Shown: positions 13,422 through 27,218, numbered from the stretch's first letter. The stretch: 64,000 nt of DNA from Octopus vulgaris (GCA_951406725.2 OX597826.1:61690001-61754000); one strand, 5' to 3'. The notes: a model not told the origin generated them from the sequence alone. Program-made: numbers and translations.

Positions 13422-15717
13422 TCAGACGTAAGAAACCTCATACTCAAGATCATCAAGTGCCAGTAGCTCCCTCTGTATTCGGGTCAAATCCTGTTGTAGC
13501 TTACGAATACGAATCTTCCTTTCGTTGTCAATGACTTTCTCCATTCCTTCGGCTGATGGCAGCCCCAGTTCTTGCTCAGGACAGGTCTCCATGGTTTCGA
13601 CGTTCGGTTGAGGTTGTCCCTTACATGACGATGACAATGTCGATGAAGATGATAATTTTGATGACGATCTTGATGATGTTGAAGATGATGATGATGATAT
13701 TAATAATGATGATGACGATGGCGCAGACGCCTGCGCTGACGGTAAAGCAGAAGAAGAAGTAGCTGTTGCTGATCTTGTTAATGAGGTTGTGGACGACAAC
13801 GACGACGATGTAGTAGTAGTGATAGTAGTAGTAGTTGCAGTCTTTGTTGTTGCTGCTATTGTTGTTATGGTTGTTGTTGTTGATGATGATGATGAAGGTG
13901 ATGATGATGATAATGATGATGGTGATGATAATGCCGTTGACGAAGACGACGACACCGATGACGAGGATGTAGGCTGAACTGAAGTATTAGTATCAGTCGT
14001 AATAATGCTGCTATTATTAGTATTAGTATAAGTGGTAATAGTACTAGTTGTAGTAGCATTAGTAGCAGCAGTAGAAGTGCTGTTGTTAAATGTAGTATTA
14101 GGGGTAGTAGAAGCTAGATTAGCAGTAGTAATAGTTGTAGCAGTAGCAATGGTACTAGCTGCTACCAACGTCGTCGCAGGCGCAGAAAATGTAGAGGACG
14201 AAGATCTGACCACAGCTCTGGATGTTGCTTTAGAAGCCACCTTTGCTGCTACTTTCGCCCATTTTTTGGATGATATTCTCATTGGCGGCTCTTCAATGCG
14301 AGGACAACTTTTGTTATTTTCTTCTTTTAAACTATAGTCTGAAACATACGGCAGTTTTCCCCTACATTGAGAAGGGGATGACACCTCGCTTATATTCTTT
14401 TGCAATAAAGGTTTCATTTTCGATGGAACCATTTTGTTTGAACACGTGAGCATGTAATCAGACGATGGCGATGATGACGATGATAACGATGAAGATGAAG
14501 TTCTTTTAGGACCCGACTGTACTGGAAGTAATTCTTCGGTATTGTTCAGCTTGGTTCGCCGATTTTTCGTATCATCAATCCAAGATTTCTGGGTTAACTT
14601 TTTGAAAAGATTGAGTCTGAAATTTGACCAGGACGAGGATATTGAACCTGATGTAGCCAAACTTGGCATCATTGTGGTACTAGAACCACGCTGTAGAGAA
14701 GGTGACGATATTGAAGACAATTTCATGGAGGCGACTGTGTTGTATATTTTCCCTGGATATTTTTCTTTTTCAAATGTTCTACCTTGACGATCTTCCCCTG
14801 AACCAGCATATTGGACTCTTCCTTTCCTGTACTGCTTGTTATTATATTCTTCATCATCGTCATTATCAGCAATGACTTCATAGGTGTAGTCATGGCAATG
14901 GGGGTTCACGTTATAATAATCATCCCCATCATCTCCCCCTTCTCCACAACCCTCCACTTCCACTAAAAACCGCACTGTCTTATGTACACTATATCTGTTT
15001 TTATCAGGAGACAGTGGCGGCGATGGTTGTGTTTTCGACCGACGCAAGCTTGGTCGCTGCGGTTTCTTTAGTCTGTAATGTTGATTCATTGCCTTATCGT
15101 TCCGTAGGTCGGAAAAAGTTGCAGAGTAACAACCATCGTCAATAGAAGGTGATCCCAATATGGGTTCCTTTAATATTTCAACTGACGACGTAACCGGAAG
15201 TTGTTCAGCCTCATTGTCAACGCTCATGGAAACGCTGCGATGAGCTGCAAAAAATCTTGCCTTACTTGCTTTTAAATTATTGAGCTTGTATCTCTTGCAC
15301 ATTCTCGTAGCACCAATACCGTTATCTCCCGAGAAACGTTTTTCTTCTTCAGTTTTGTCTTCATCATCCTTATCATCATCACCCACTCCTTCCTCCATCT
15401 CTCTCACCCCTCTCCTTCCTACTCCATCATCTTCTTCGTCTTCATCTTCTTCATCTATATATTTTATAGTCTTGTTATTCGTGTCCTCTAGACAAGCTTT
15501 TTGCTCTGAACGTGTGATGGGATTTTTGGTATATTTACGGCAATTCGACTTGAAATTAGAAGCTTTGATTTTATCTGTGACTAACAGACCCGAGATTTGA
15601 AAATTGCCTTCATTTCTTTCCGATATCGCATCGACTTCGTCTTCTTCAGGGTGACTGTCTTCTGTTGTCTCTCCAAAATATGAGACCACGTCGTCTGCAT
15701 CGGATATTGAATGGCAG
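13422..15717 (-). CDS. GABA-B-R3: GABA-B receptor-like terminal coding exon: ~764-aa low-complexity cytoplasmic tail with terminal coiled coil and PDZ-type end (EVSYV*)
   Basis: Acceptor ttttgacag at 15718-19. Split codon CG|C joins the preceding exon to the frame of the 783-aa ORF 13422..15773. TGA at 13422-13424. Confidence 0.85.
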
Positions 15718-16517
15718 CTGTCAAAATATATATAAACAATGTTAGAGTGACAATATAATCTATGACAAGACAATAAGCAGATAAATTAACATATAGAAAG
15801 GTACGTGAAAAGACACAAGGAGCGATGGGAAATAACAGTTACGTTTTAAAACCCTCTAATGCCGGAGATATTTGACAAACCTCACTCATATTTTTCGTCA
15901 TTGCTTGAAAAGAGTACAAATGGATAAACAATTGCCTGAGAAGAGTACAAATGAATAAACAACACTTTCTTCAGTTAACACACACACACACACACACACA
16001 AATATACAATCTCTCCCTCTATCTCCCTCTCTCCTGCCCCTCTCTCTTTCTCATATATACTCCCCCACAACAAAGCTTTTAACTTAAAAACGCCCGGAAT
16101 GAGTTCACTGTTTGAATAGAAAGCTTTCGACAGAACTATTGTTCAAAAGGATCCACATGCAAGTCCGACACGACAATGGTTGGACAAATTCTCCGGAGAA
16201 GGCACAGAGATGCTGAGATGAGGTTGAAAATGATGATGATAACGATGATGATGACAACCACTGAAGAAATTGGTAGTTCTATTACTAACTATGAACCAAA
16301 TATTCTATTCATATGAGAGGCAATTTTTAGAATGAAACATAGAGCTACCTATAACAAATTATTTAATGTAAAGTAATACATTCATTAATCACTTCACTTG
16401 ACATGCAGAGTAATTAAAGAATTTGAGGGTTACATACATTACCTTTCTGAGCATTATATTACTGGTATTTATATATTGACTATGTACGAAAGAAAATGGC
16501 TTTTCATGAAATAAGAG

Positions 16518-16929
16518 GGATCTTTTCGGTTTGAATGGCAGTTTTTTCAAGCGGTGTCATATGAAATTGTCACCCATAACTATGACCCTAGTATCGATCT
16601 ATTGCATTTCAATCTGTTTTAGGGTTAGGGGTGGGGGGAAGGGCATCTTTTTTTCTTCAGAAATGTAAATAAACCCAATCTGTTTCTTAAACGAGGGACA
16701 TATTCATACGGCACAGAATGTTTTCACCCCAATAGGCATCATTGATTGGTTGAAATTGCAGAAATTGAAGAAAAAAACAACAGATATCTTACAAACTATA
16801 GAATTTTCTCAATAAAACCAAGAGAAAAAGGTGTTTTATAAACACATTCTACCAGTATACGAAGTTTAAAGGTGTTTAGTTACGTGGAAATTTATGTTAA
16901 AAAAACTGCCGTTCAAACCGAAACGATCC
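16518..16929. mobile_element. MITE with ~29-bp TIRs and 8-bp TSD
   Basis: ggatcttttcggtttgaatggcagttttt / aaaaactgccgttcaaaccgaaacgatcc. Flanks aataagag / aatacgag. Internal ttagggttaggg. Confidence 0.85.
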
Positions 16930-17036
16930 AATACGAGCATTATTTCACTCGTTAGTTACTTCAAGGTTATAATGTTCTAGTTAGCCGCGTACAATTTCGT
17001 AACAGAAGTGTGAATTGAGCAACTATTTGGACTTAC

Positions 17037-17191
17037 CGCTGAGCAGAAGCAGCAGCAGTTCCGGTGATACTGGTAGACAAACTATCCAACCCGTCTTCCG
17101 GCATCAAAGCGAGCAGTTCATCAGTAAAGCGGAAATATGAGATATTTGGTAATTCCAATAAATACTCCAGACGATTGATTTCTTCCTCGAG
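17037..17191 (-). CDS. GABA-B-R3: GABA-B receptor-like exon: coiled-coil continuation (LEEEINRLEYLLELPNISYFRFTDELLALMPEDG...SAQ)
   Basis: 155 bp, phase 0/2, polypyrimidine tract plus taag acceptor, donor gtaagt. Continues the heptad pattern. Its phase-2 end fits the next exon. Confidence 0.88.
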
Positions 17192-17475
17192 CTTAATAGA
17201 AAAGAGATAAGAGCAAATCATAGGAAACAGTGAAAGCAATTAGTCAATGAAGAATCAGATTTAATTAAATTTTAAACCTAAACTAATGTAATAGCAAAAA
17301 ATGTTAGGATGTTAACGCAAATATATGGATAAGTTAATTAAAGAAGTTGAGAACATGATAGTAAAATAAGAAGAAAAACGATATTTAACTCACGAAGACA
17401 ATGAAAATAGCAATCATTTAGTTTATTCGAAAATTAAAATCATATGATTTTTGTTCGTTGTATTAGGAAAAATAA

Positions 17476-17585
17476 ACACACACAAACGCATACACACACA
17501 CACACACACACGCACACAAACACACACACACACACACACACAAACGCATACACACACACACAAACACACACACACACACACACAC

Positions 17586-17639
<54 letters not shown>

Positions 17640-17736
17640 ACCACATACACACACACACACAAACACACACACAAATGCATACACGCACACACACAAACAC
17701 ACACACACAAACTCATACACACACACACACAATCCA

Positions 17737-17790
<54 letters not shown>
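17476..17790. repeat. Long interrupted (CA)n
   Basis: Directly visible. Confidence 0.95.
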
Positions 17791-17791
<1 letters not shown>

Positions 17792-18404
17792 AACTCGAGC
17801 CAAGAAGCAAAGCTACAAGTAGAAGAATAATAGCACACCACGCGATAAAATTTGTTAAAGACAAAGTAAAAAAGTTGAATGTAAAACAAATAAAAAATGT
17901 TATCTATGGACCAGACATTTAATCTGGATATTATTGTTATTTCAATGCATATGTTGTATTTTGGCTTGTACGCGGTTTCGATCCCAGTTCACGTCTAGTA
18001 AGTAATATGTGCATATATGTGTATATGCGTATGAGTGCAAACCTACATGCATGTATGTGTTTGTGTGTGTATAGAAGTATGTATGTGAACTCATGGTTCT
18101 GTCATTTTATGGATGTATTTTTCTAATATTCTGTCAAGAAAGGAAGGACAACATCCATAACTGAAATTAAAGAATCCATGACTGCTTGGAGACAAGAAGA
18201 GAGAAAGAAGGTTTATTCCCAGAGCAGAGATTATGCCGGATTACTAGCAACAGAGGGGCCTATACTGAGTATTACCATAAACCCGGGTGGTGGGAAAATT
18301 GACTTTACTGCGCAAGGGCAAAAACGGTAAAGCAGACTAAAGTGTACTAACATGTATTATGTACTGATGTGTTCTAATATAATAATATACTCTTTTTTAT
18401 TACT

Positions 18405-18596
18405 CTTTTTACTTGTTTCAGTCATTTGACTGTGGCCATGCTGGAGCACCGCCCTTTAGTCGAGCAAATCGACCCCAAGATTTATTCTTTGTAAGCCTAG
18501 TACTTATTCTATCGGTGTCTTTCGCCGAACCGCTAATATACGGGGACGTAAATGCACCAGCATCGGTTGTCAAGCGATGTTGGGGGGACAAACACA

Positions 18597-18648
<52 letters not shown>

Positions 18649-18785
18649 TATATACGACGGGCTTCATCAATTTCTGACTAACAAATCCACTCACAAGGCT
18701 TTTACCTAAGGTGCCACGCAGTGAGACTGAACCCGGAACCATGTGGTTGGGAAACAAGCTATTTACCACACAGCCACTCCTGTGC
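18405..18785 (-). mobile_element. SINE family D (partial copies also at 6868-7225 +, 23275-23460 -, 38333-38490 -)
   Basis: Reverse-complement homologue of 61552-61960 with an internal (CA)n tract. Confidence 0.85.
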
Positions 18786-18844
18786 CTATATGTATACTAT
18801 GTATGCTAAGATATGGTTAGTTCACATCACACTGTAAAGATCAT

Positions 18845-19063
18845 AGGGCTAGTTTCCTTGGTTTTTCTAGCGTATAAATTCTTCTTCTCGAGACAGGAGG
18901 CCAGTGCGTCGTAGGATTCCTCATTTTTGCCAGCTGAGTGTAATGGAGCAATATGAAATGAAGTGTTTTGGTCAAGAACACAACGCATCTCCGGCCCAGG
19001 AATCGAAACCACAATCTTATGATTATAAGTCCAACATCCTGACCACTAAGCCACACGCTTCCA
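18845..19063 (-). mobile_element. SINE family B
   Basis: Reverse-complement homologue of 5946-6190. Confidence 0.8.
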
Positions 19064-19535
19064 CTATGCGCTAATGTAAGCTGTGTATTAACATGTATGA
19101 TAAATACTAATATGTATTAATGTGCAGTGTGTATACTTCTGTGTAATAATGTTTCAGATAACACGGAACCCCAGGAAACTGGTGATTGCCTACGTTGGCT
19201 AGACTTGTATTATTTGAAAACTCGACAGGAAAAGTACATTCAAACTGCAGTGGGGAGTGGAGTATCAAACGATTTGGACAGAGACCTTCTTCAGGGAAAA
19301 AAACGATGGCAAGAGTGAAATACTAACAAAGATAGTTAAGAACCCTCTATGTATGTATGATTAATTGGCTGCAGCTGATGGAGAACAGAAGACAACGTGA
19401 ACGTCCGTACGTAGTCATAATATACAATGTGTGCAGTAGTGTGAACTGCGTGCTAAAGTGTAACACACAGAGCTCTCCCTCGTCCCTTCTGTTTATCGCC
19501 CCTAGCTCTCTCTGCCATGGTGGACGACGACAACA

Positions 19536-19591
<56 letters not shown>

Positions 19592-19626
19592 AATGATGAT
19601 GTTGATGATGATAGAAACAAACTTAC

Positions 19627-19782
19627 CGCCACTAACTCTCTTTTGTAAACTTTATTCTGAATTTCAGCTCTGTACTGCAGTTCCTTCTTGTCACTGAAAT
19701 CGAACCTGCGGATGTTGGCTTGGACTGTGATACCAGTACCTGTGATCACTGGATTACCGTTTGACGTCATAATCGCGTATAT
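19627..19782 (-). CDS. GABA-B-R3: GABA-B receptor-like exon: proximal C-tail (IYAIMTSNGNPVITGTGITVQANIRRFDFSDKKELQYRAEIQNKVYKRELVA)
   Basis: 156 bp, phase 0/0, acceptor tattttag, donor gtaagt. RRF..D..ELQYR.E.QN.VYK.E matches the motif I recall from the invertebrate GABA-B-R3 coiled coil. Confidence 0.9.
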
Positions 19783-20827
19783 CTAAAATAACGATAATAA
19801 CAATAAAAGATAATTACATTCAATCGATGTCCGAAAGTATTTTTTTTTAACATTGTAAAAATCGCCGAATGTGTCAGTTCGACCCTCTAATATAGTCGTT
19901 ATATTAACGGCTACTACTGCTGTTATGGCCGTTGTTCCTGCTACTAGCGAAAGCGCTCAAATATGAAGATACGTTGATATCACAGAAACACAGGAGTGGT
20001 GTTTTATTTTCTCCCTCTGGCCCGGTACTAGATATTCAGCAAATAAATCATGGATTCTTTCCTCCGTTCACTGATTAAGACTTAAAAATCATAAGAACAA
20101 ATAATGAACATTATGATAATGATTTCTTGCATCTGCACATGACAATAGAATTTGTAGGTAAAGAGCATCGTTGATTGCGGTTATTGGTATTCATTTTATC
20201 AACATGTGTAAAACAAATATTATGAGATCTTCATGTTTATCTTGTTAAAGTTATTCGTGGTAACTCCTGTATAAATACTTTAGATACCATCCGTGTGTGA
20301 TATATTGGTTCTGCATATTAGCGTCTTAGAAAAGACAGATCATTTATACTAGCGGGGCCTGTGAATATATCACGGAAAATATAGAAAACCTACTGGGTTA
20401 TTCCTGAAAACTTTATCCAAAAAGCCTGAAAGCGTAGCCTGTGTTGTGTCTGTATCAAAAGATGGTCGTTCATCTGCTATTCATTGAAAAGTGAAGGAAA
20501 TTGGAATACGATAATTACTGAATACACTTTATAGTAAAACAAAGATATTTTTACGGAGATGTACTTGCATAGCAAGTGACCTGATCTGAGATCGTGTGCT
20601 GGAACGAAAACAATAGCAGCGTGGAAGGTGTTTATAAGCCATTTAAGAAACACACAAAAATCGTTAGCTTCACTTCAACATTTAAATTGGTTTCTTTCTG
20701 AAGCGAATGGCATGTTTGGGATGCGCATGCGTTAAGTGATAAGTAATATAGAAAAACTTAGTTCAATTAAAAACAAAATACTTTTCACTATGCACCCAAT
20801 ATCGACCCCCCACCACCACTTAAGCAT

Positions 20828-21791
20828 AGCAGGGGAATAATTAAAATACTAATAAGCACACATAATTTCCACATAAACAGTGACGTAGACCGTCTGTATC
20901 TAAAACGTAAACAAGGTGGCAGAGGCTTAACATCGATCCAAAATGCCTTTGAATGACGCATCATATCCCTTCGGCAACATCTTTTGACCACCAAGTGTCG
21001 AAGTACACCCCGTGACCAAGTTTGTATACACGAGGCTGATAACATCATCAGACTTGAGCAGCAACTTGAGCAGCAACTTGAGCAACGCTCCTCGTCTGAT
21101 AACCTAGAATACATGCCGGAAGAAGTCGCACGACTCTACTGCAACATATCATCGGATGAAAGGATGAGCCTAAATGAGCAGAAGACTATGCATGGATATG
21201 TTAGTAGAAAGCTTCATGATGATAGTAACATCGATCATCAAACCAGTTTATCATGGCCGAATAGCCGGATGTGTAATGATGTTTCACATTGAAGAGTATG
21301 CGTTTGCAATCCAGGAACAGGAAATATCAACCAAGTACCTGATGCACAAAACGGATAATGATGCGGGAAAAGCTGTAGAATGTAACAACCGATGCTGACT
21401 TTCTGGAGTTCAGATTGAAGATACCACCCACATCATAAGCATCCGAAAATGTGATCACGGAGGTATCTACCGATGAGACATGACGTTGTAGCTAGGACAC
21501 TCTATAATGAAATCTGTCGGAAGGATAGTCTCGAGGAGAAAGAAATAAAAACCCACAATATGCTAGAAGCCATAGCCACTAATAATGAAAAGGAATACTG
21601 GTGGAATGTACCAGTGAAGTCCTCAATAAAATGTAAACACAACAGACCTGATATAATGATTTGGGATAGAGAAGAGAAACTGTGCACAGTTGTGGAAATT
21701 AGCTGCCCAACATATATTAACATCAACTGAAGATCAGTGAAAAAGAGAACATCTATGCTGAAGTATTGAGAAATCTGCAGTTAATGTATCT
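20828..21791 (+). mobile_element. RLE-type non-LTR retrotransposon fragment (R4/Dong-like)
   Basis: DRLYLKRKQGGRGL, QEQEI, RHDVVA, NRPDIMIWD...VVEISCP endonuclease motifs, with stops and frameshifts. Confidence 0.85.
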
Positions 21792-21884
21792 TTGAAATAA
21801 ACTGAATAATGACATACATACCCGCACACTGTCACACAGATACAGGGATATGTGCATATACATGTATGTGTGAGTGTGTATATA

Positions 21885-21935
<51 letters not shown>

Positions 21936-21966
21936 GTGTATATAGATATATGTATATATATATGGT

Positions 21967-22015
<49 letters not shown>

Positions 22016-22932
22016 TTGTGTGTGTTTGTATGTATGTGTGTATGTGTGTGTGTGTGCCTGTGTTTTTATGCATTCATGTATGTATGCAAGCATATGTGTA
22101 TATGAATGTTGTAAATGCTTATGTTTACTGATTTAGTCAAAGTAATTGAGTTTTATATGCACACATATCTATCTACACACACATATATATACGCATATAT
22201 ATATATATATATATATAGTGAGAGATAGGAAGACAGAGAGAAAGAAAGAGAGAGAGTGGAGGGAGAGAGGGAGGGAGGGAGATAGAGAGTGAAAGAGAGA
22301 GAGAAGTACGGAAATACGAATGAGGACAGAGATATAATAAAGAATTAGCCAAGGTAATTAAAATTTTATAAATATGTTTGTCGGCCAATCATAAATTTAA
22401 TCACATTTTTATACAATTAAAATTCCACGTAAATGACGATATTTAATCACATCATTTTAAACGTTAATATAAATTCTAGTGAAGAATTCAGCATTTATTC
22501 CATTCTTGTTTCCGTTGTTGAGGCCTTCGCGTCATTCGCGGCTTTTGCATCCTTCCACGTATGCTTATATTAGGGGGACCAGAACAAAAACAACACCATC
22601 AACAAAAACAATTCCAGAAATTGCAAGCAGGGTAACATTCTAAACGTTAGAAAACAAATAAATACCAATTGTTTAACCAGAGAACTAAGAAGATCACTGA
22701 TAAACGTTATCGAACCCCCTGATACCGGAGGTGGAAACAAAGGAGAGATTCAGCTTTCGGATGTAGACTTGATAGTCCAATGCCTATAACAGACTGTGTG
22801 TGCATGTGTGTATGTATGTGTGAGTGTGTGAGTGTGCGTGTATGTGCATGTGCTCGCTTGCTCGCGCGCGCGAAGAGTGTCTATGCATACAAGTAAGCAT
22901 ACATGCCTGTACATATATGTGTGTGTGTAAAC

Positions 22933-22996
<64 letters not shown>

Positions 22997-23033
22997 CATA
23001 TATATATATACATATATACATATATATATATAC

Positions 23034-23072
<39 letters not shown>

Positions 23073-23227
23073 GACAAACACACACACATACATATATATA
23101 CACACACTTACACACACGCAAACATATATATGCATATATACATACATACACACATATATATATACACACACACAACACACATTAATATATATATATATAC
23201 ATACATACATTAAGCATGCATGCTTGT

Positions 23228-23273
<46 letters not shown>

Positions 23274-23489
23274 TCTTTTATTTGATTCAGTCATTTGATT
23301 GCGGCCATGCTGGAGCACCGCCTTTAGTCGAGCAACTCGACTCTAGGACTTATTCTTTGTAAGCCTGGTACCTATTCTATCGGTCTCTTTAGGTGGGGAG
23401 GTAAACACACCAACAGCACTTATCAAGTTATGATGGAGGGGGGCAAATACAGACACACAAACATATTCATACATGCATACATACATACA

Positions 23490-23558
<69 letters not shown>

Positions 23559-23714
23559 GGGTGTGTGTGATTGTGTATAGAAGAATATATTAATAAAAGG
23601 TATTCCAACCTTGTCTGATTTTCACGTTTTATTTACAATCTTATAATGATATAAGATATAATATAATATAATAAAATAAAATAAAATAATAGAATGTTAA
23701 ATGTTCATTCTGAT

Positions 23715-23759
23715 TGAACTATTACTTTCATGCATTAAATTCTGCAATCTTCAGGTTCA
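23715..23759 (-). ncRNA. Minimal hammerhead-like motif, mirror copy of 23860-23904
   Basis: Same sequence on the minus strand except stem III gtac>gtaa. Confidence 0.65.
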
Positions 23760-23859
23760 TGTAGTAGTGGTGACAGTCATGCTTCACAATTTTTGACTGT
23801 CATGCTTCACAATTTTTGACAGTCAAAAACTGTGAAGCATGACTGTCACCACTACTACA

Positions 23860-23904
23860 TGAACCTGAAGATTGCAGAATTTAATGCATGAAAGTACTAG
23901 TTCA
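23860..23904 (+). ncRNA. Minimal type I hammerhead ribozyme-like motif, intact core
   Basis: tgaac CTGAAGA t tgca-gaatttaa-tgca t GAAA gtac TA gttca: 5-bp stem I, 4-bp stem II, palindromic stem III, UA cleavage site. Confidence 0.75.
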
Positions 23905-24023
23905 ATCAGAATGAACATTTAACATTTTATTATTTTATTTTATTTTATTATATTATATTATATTATATCATTATAAGATTGTAGATAAAACGTGAAAATC
24001 AGACAAGGTTGGAATTCCTTTTA

Positions 24024-24095
<72 letters not shown>

Positions 24096-24106
24096 CATAT
24101 ATATTT

Positions 24107-24167
<61 letters not shown>

Positions 24168-24329
24168 AAAAATATATATAAAAATACGAAATGCGACAAG
24201 AACGCAAAACATTCAAATAGACGACACAAAAAAAAAACGACGGGTCATTCGAAGCCTCTAATCTTCAGTCAAGAACCGGATCATCCTCGCAATTTCGGCT
24301 GATTAATATATATATATATACATATGCAT

Positions 24330-24380
<51 letters not shown>

Positions 24381-24755
24381 ACGTGGATAATTCATATTTT
24401 TAAATAGTTTGCCCGTTGTATCGTTGAATAAGCAAATACATATACAAATAAATAAATGAAGGTAAACTTGTGCGCATCTTCACGGACGAACACACAAATG
24501 CGCACAAATATATGTAAGGGCGAATATAAATAAATTAGGAATATAAGCATATAGATGATTATACGAACGGGTTTTTTTCTGGATACCCCACTGATGTATA
24601 GAGGTGTTAAAACGCGTACTGATTCCTGTTACCACCCAAAGTAGAAGCGTTACAATATACGTGTCCAACGGTTTTACGCTGCAACGCCGTGGTTTCAGTC
24701 ATTACCTTATTCCTAGGAAGCGAATTAAAATGTGTACTCAATGTTTTTTTTTACC

Positions 24756-24988
24756 TATTTCTTTATTACCCACAAGGGGCTAAACACAGAGGGGACAAAC
24801 AAGGACAGACATAGGTATTAAGTCGATTACATCGACCCCAGTGCGTAACTGGTGCTTAATTTATCGACCCCCGAGAGAATGAAAGGCAAAGTCGACCTCG
24901 GCGGAATTTGAACTCACAACGTAACGCAGACGAAATACCGCTAAGCATTTCGCCTGGCGTGCTAACGTTTCTGCCAGCTCGCCGCCTT
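24756..24988 (-). mobile_element. SINE family A head/core with an alternative 3' tail
   Basis: Reverse-complement match to the 3633 head and core, different tail. Flanked by direct repeat tgttttttttttacc. Confidence 0.85.
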
Positions 24989-25143
24989 TGTTTTTTTTTA
25001 CCGTTAATTGATGTACACAGTCAGGACAAGTAAATAGACTTCCCGTAAGTCATCGTTTTATGTTTATCCTATCTTGTAAAGGTTTATATTTTTTATTGAT
25101 TGACATTTTTATGCTTCAGGTTTTATATGTAAGTGTTTAATCA

Positions 25144-26132
25144 TGCTATGTACAAAATAAGCTTTGGAACTGTCTCAATTTCAAAGAGGCCGTATTGTGG
25201 GTCATTTTGAAGGTGGACTTAGCGTAAAATCGCTGAAAACTCTGGTATCCCGCTTTGTACAGTTAATAGAGTGATTGTGCAATTCACTAGACAGGGGAAG
25301 AAACTTTCTGACAGGGCCCTTCCCTTTGCTAAGAGAAGTGTGGAGGGTAATCTACGTTGCAAGGTCTCTGACATAGCAGAACAAGTTGATGTCAGTTCCA
25401 GAACAGCTATCAGGTATGTCCACAAACTTGCTTACTATGGCAGAACGGCAAGATGAAGCCACTTCTTCGACCAGCCAACATCAAGCAGAATAAAAATTGG
25501 GCCAATGAGATGGTGGAGAGGCCACTAGCATTTTGGGACACTGTCATATTCTCTGATGAGTTCAGATTTTCTGTATTTCCTGTTAGTGGTCGAGTGTGGG
25601 TCTGGAGATTCTGTGATACCAAGACTTTGATGTGAAAAGATTGCAGCCAAGATTGAAACATAGCAGATATTCTGTGATAGTTTTGGGAGCAACTTGAAGC
25701 AATGGTTGATCAGAGCTGGTGGCGTATGAGGGAAACATGAACTCAGATAAATATGTGTCCATATTGAAGTAAGGACTCCTTCCAATCTTCTCTAGTGGTG
25801 AATAGGTTAAAGAAGACTCTTTATATATCGAAGATGGGGGTACTTGACACACAAATAAAATGTCCCTAGATTTCTTCAATGAAAATGGCATTAAAAGTTT
25901 CCATGGCCAAGCCAGCCGATAAATATGAACCCTATTGAAAATCTCTGCGACATGATGGACAGAAGATATTATAAAAAGAACAAGAAAGTATCTCTTCAAA
26001 GCCAGATCTTTTGGAATTACTGCATGAAACTTGGCAAGAAATTCCGCATGAGAATATTCATCATCTGATTAGTAACATGCCTAATAGGGACCTTGCATTG
26101 AAAAATACAAAGGGCATATCTACTAAATATTA
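25144..26132 (+). pseudogene. Degraded Tc1 (DD34E-type) transposase
   Basis: ELSQFQRGRIVG HTH region, WDTVIFSDE and NPIENL motifs, broken by stops and frameshifts. Confidence 0.85.
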
Positions 26133-26259
26133 AATATTCATATCATAATAATTAATAAATAATTTGAATGTATAATTTCAGACTTAAATAAATTTTATTG
26201 ATGATAAGGGTGTCTGCTTACTTATGTCATGTCTGTGTGTATGTAATATGGTTTCGAAT

Positions 26260-26480
26260 ACAAGGACAAGATAAACACAAACAACAGCTTCGAAAGCTTC
26301 AGTTTCTGTATGCAGGTTATAAATATACATTCATACCATTAACAATTAGTGTACTTGAGTTTCTGAATAAATGTGGAATTGACAATCTGGATAGGCTGCC
26401 TGAAAATTCACACACTACTAATACAATCTGTTAGGGGAACATTAAATATATTCAACAATTTTCCCAAGTTTAAAATGGTG
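26260..26480 (+). mobile_element. Short C-terminal fragment of an RLE LINE related to 20828-21791
   Basis: LRKLQFLYAGYKYTFIPL resembles LRNLQLMY at the end of the 20828 element. Confidence 0.45.
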
Positions 26481-26663
26481 TTTTTGTTTTTGCTATTTAT
26501 ATTCCAAGGACAGAGGTTTGAATCTTTACAAATACCAGCTCCTTTCTCAATGACAAAATTTAGACAATTAAAAACAGAAGACAACATACATAAATATATA
26601 TATACATAGGTAAATACATACACACATGTACGCACACACATACTCACATACACACATATATGT

Positions 26664-26666
<3 letters not shown>

Positions 26667-26734
<68 letters not shown>

Positions 26735-26806
26735 GCATATACATATATATATATATAGATATATGCATATATATATGCATATATCTATATATATATATGC
26801 ATATGC

Positions 26807-26881
<75 letters not shown>

Positions 26882-26941
26882 GCATATATATATATATATA
26901 TATGCATATATATATATAGATATATGCATAAATTTATATGC

Positions 26942-26973
<32 letters not shown>

Positions 26974-27007
26974 GTACATATATATGTATATATATATGTA
27001 TGTATAT

Positions 27008-27082
<75 letters not shown>
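26667..27082. repeat. Long interrupted (TA)n, representative of dozens of similar tracts (e.g. 37838-38097, 38728-38925, 60597-60865)
   Basis: Directly visible. Confidence 0.95.
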
Positions 27083-27086
<4 letters not shown>

Positions 27087-27218
27087 TATAAATTTTCTTA
27101 TAAAGTATGTTTTCAAGTATTAAGAAGTGCTCATTGCGAGTTAAATCGAAGGATAAGAGAGAAAATATAGAAGGAACACATCTATGCAATCAATACAAAT
27201 TCCAAACCATAATTTAAA

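Larger units (their letters stand above)
23585..24032. repeat. ~450-bp near-perfect fold-back palindrome with a hammerhead in each arm (PLE-terminus-like)
   Basis: Arms are reverse complements around a23821. A 23-bp tandem duplication lies just left of the centre. Right end runs into (TA)n. Confidence 0.92.

Noticed and set aside
15718-15773. N-terminal 19 codons of the 783-aa ORF as a stand-alone gene
   Set aside because: Intronic read-through. A good acceptor at 15718-19 in the correct phase links the ORF to the upstream GPCR exons.
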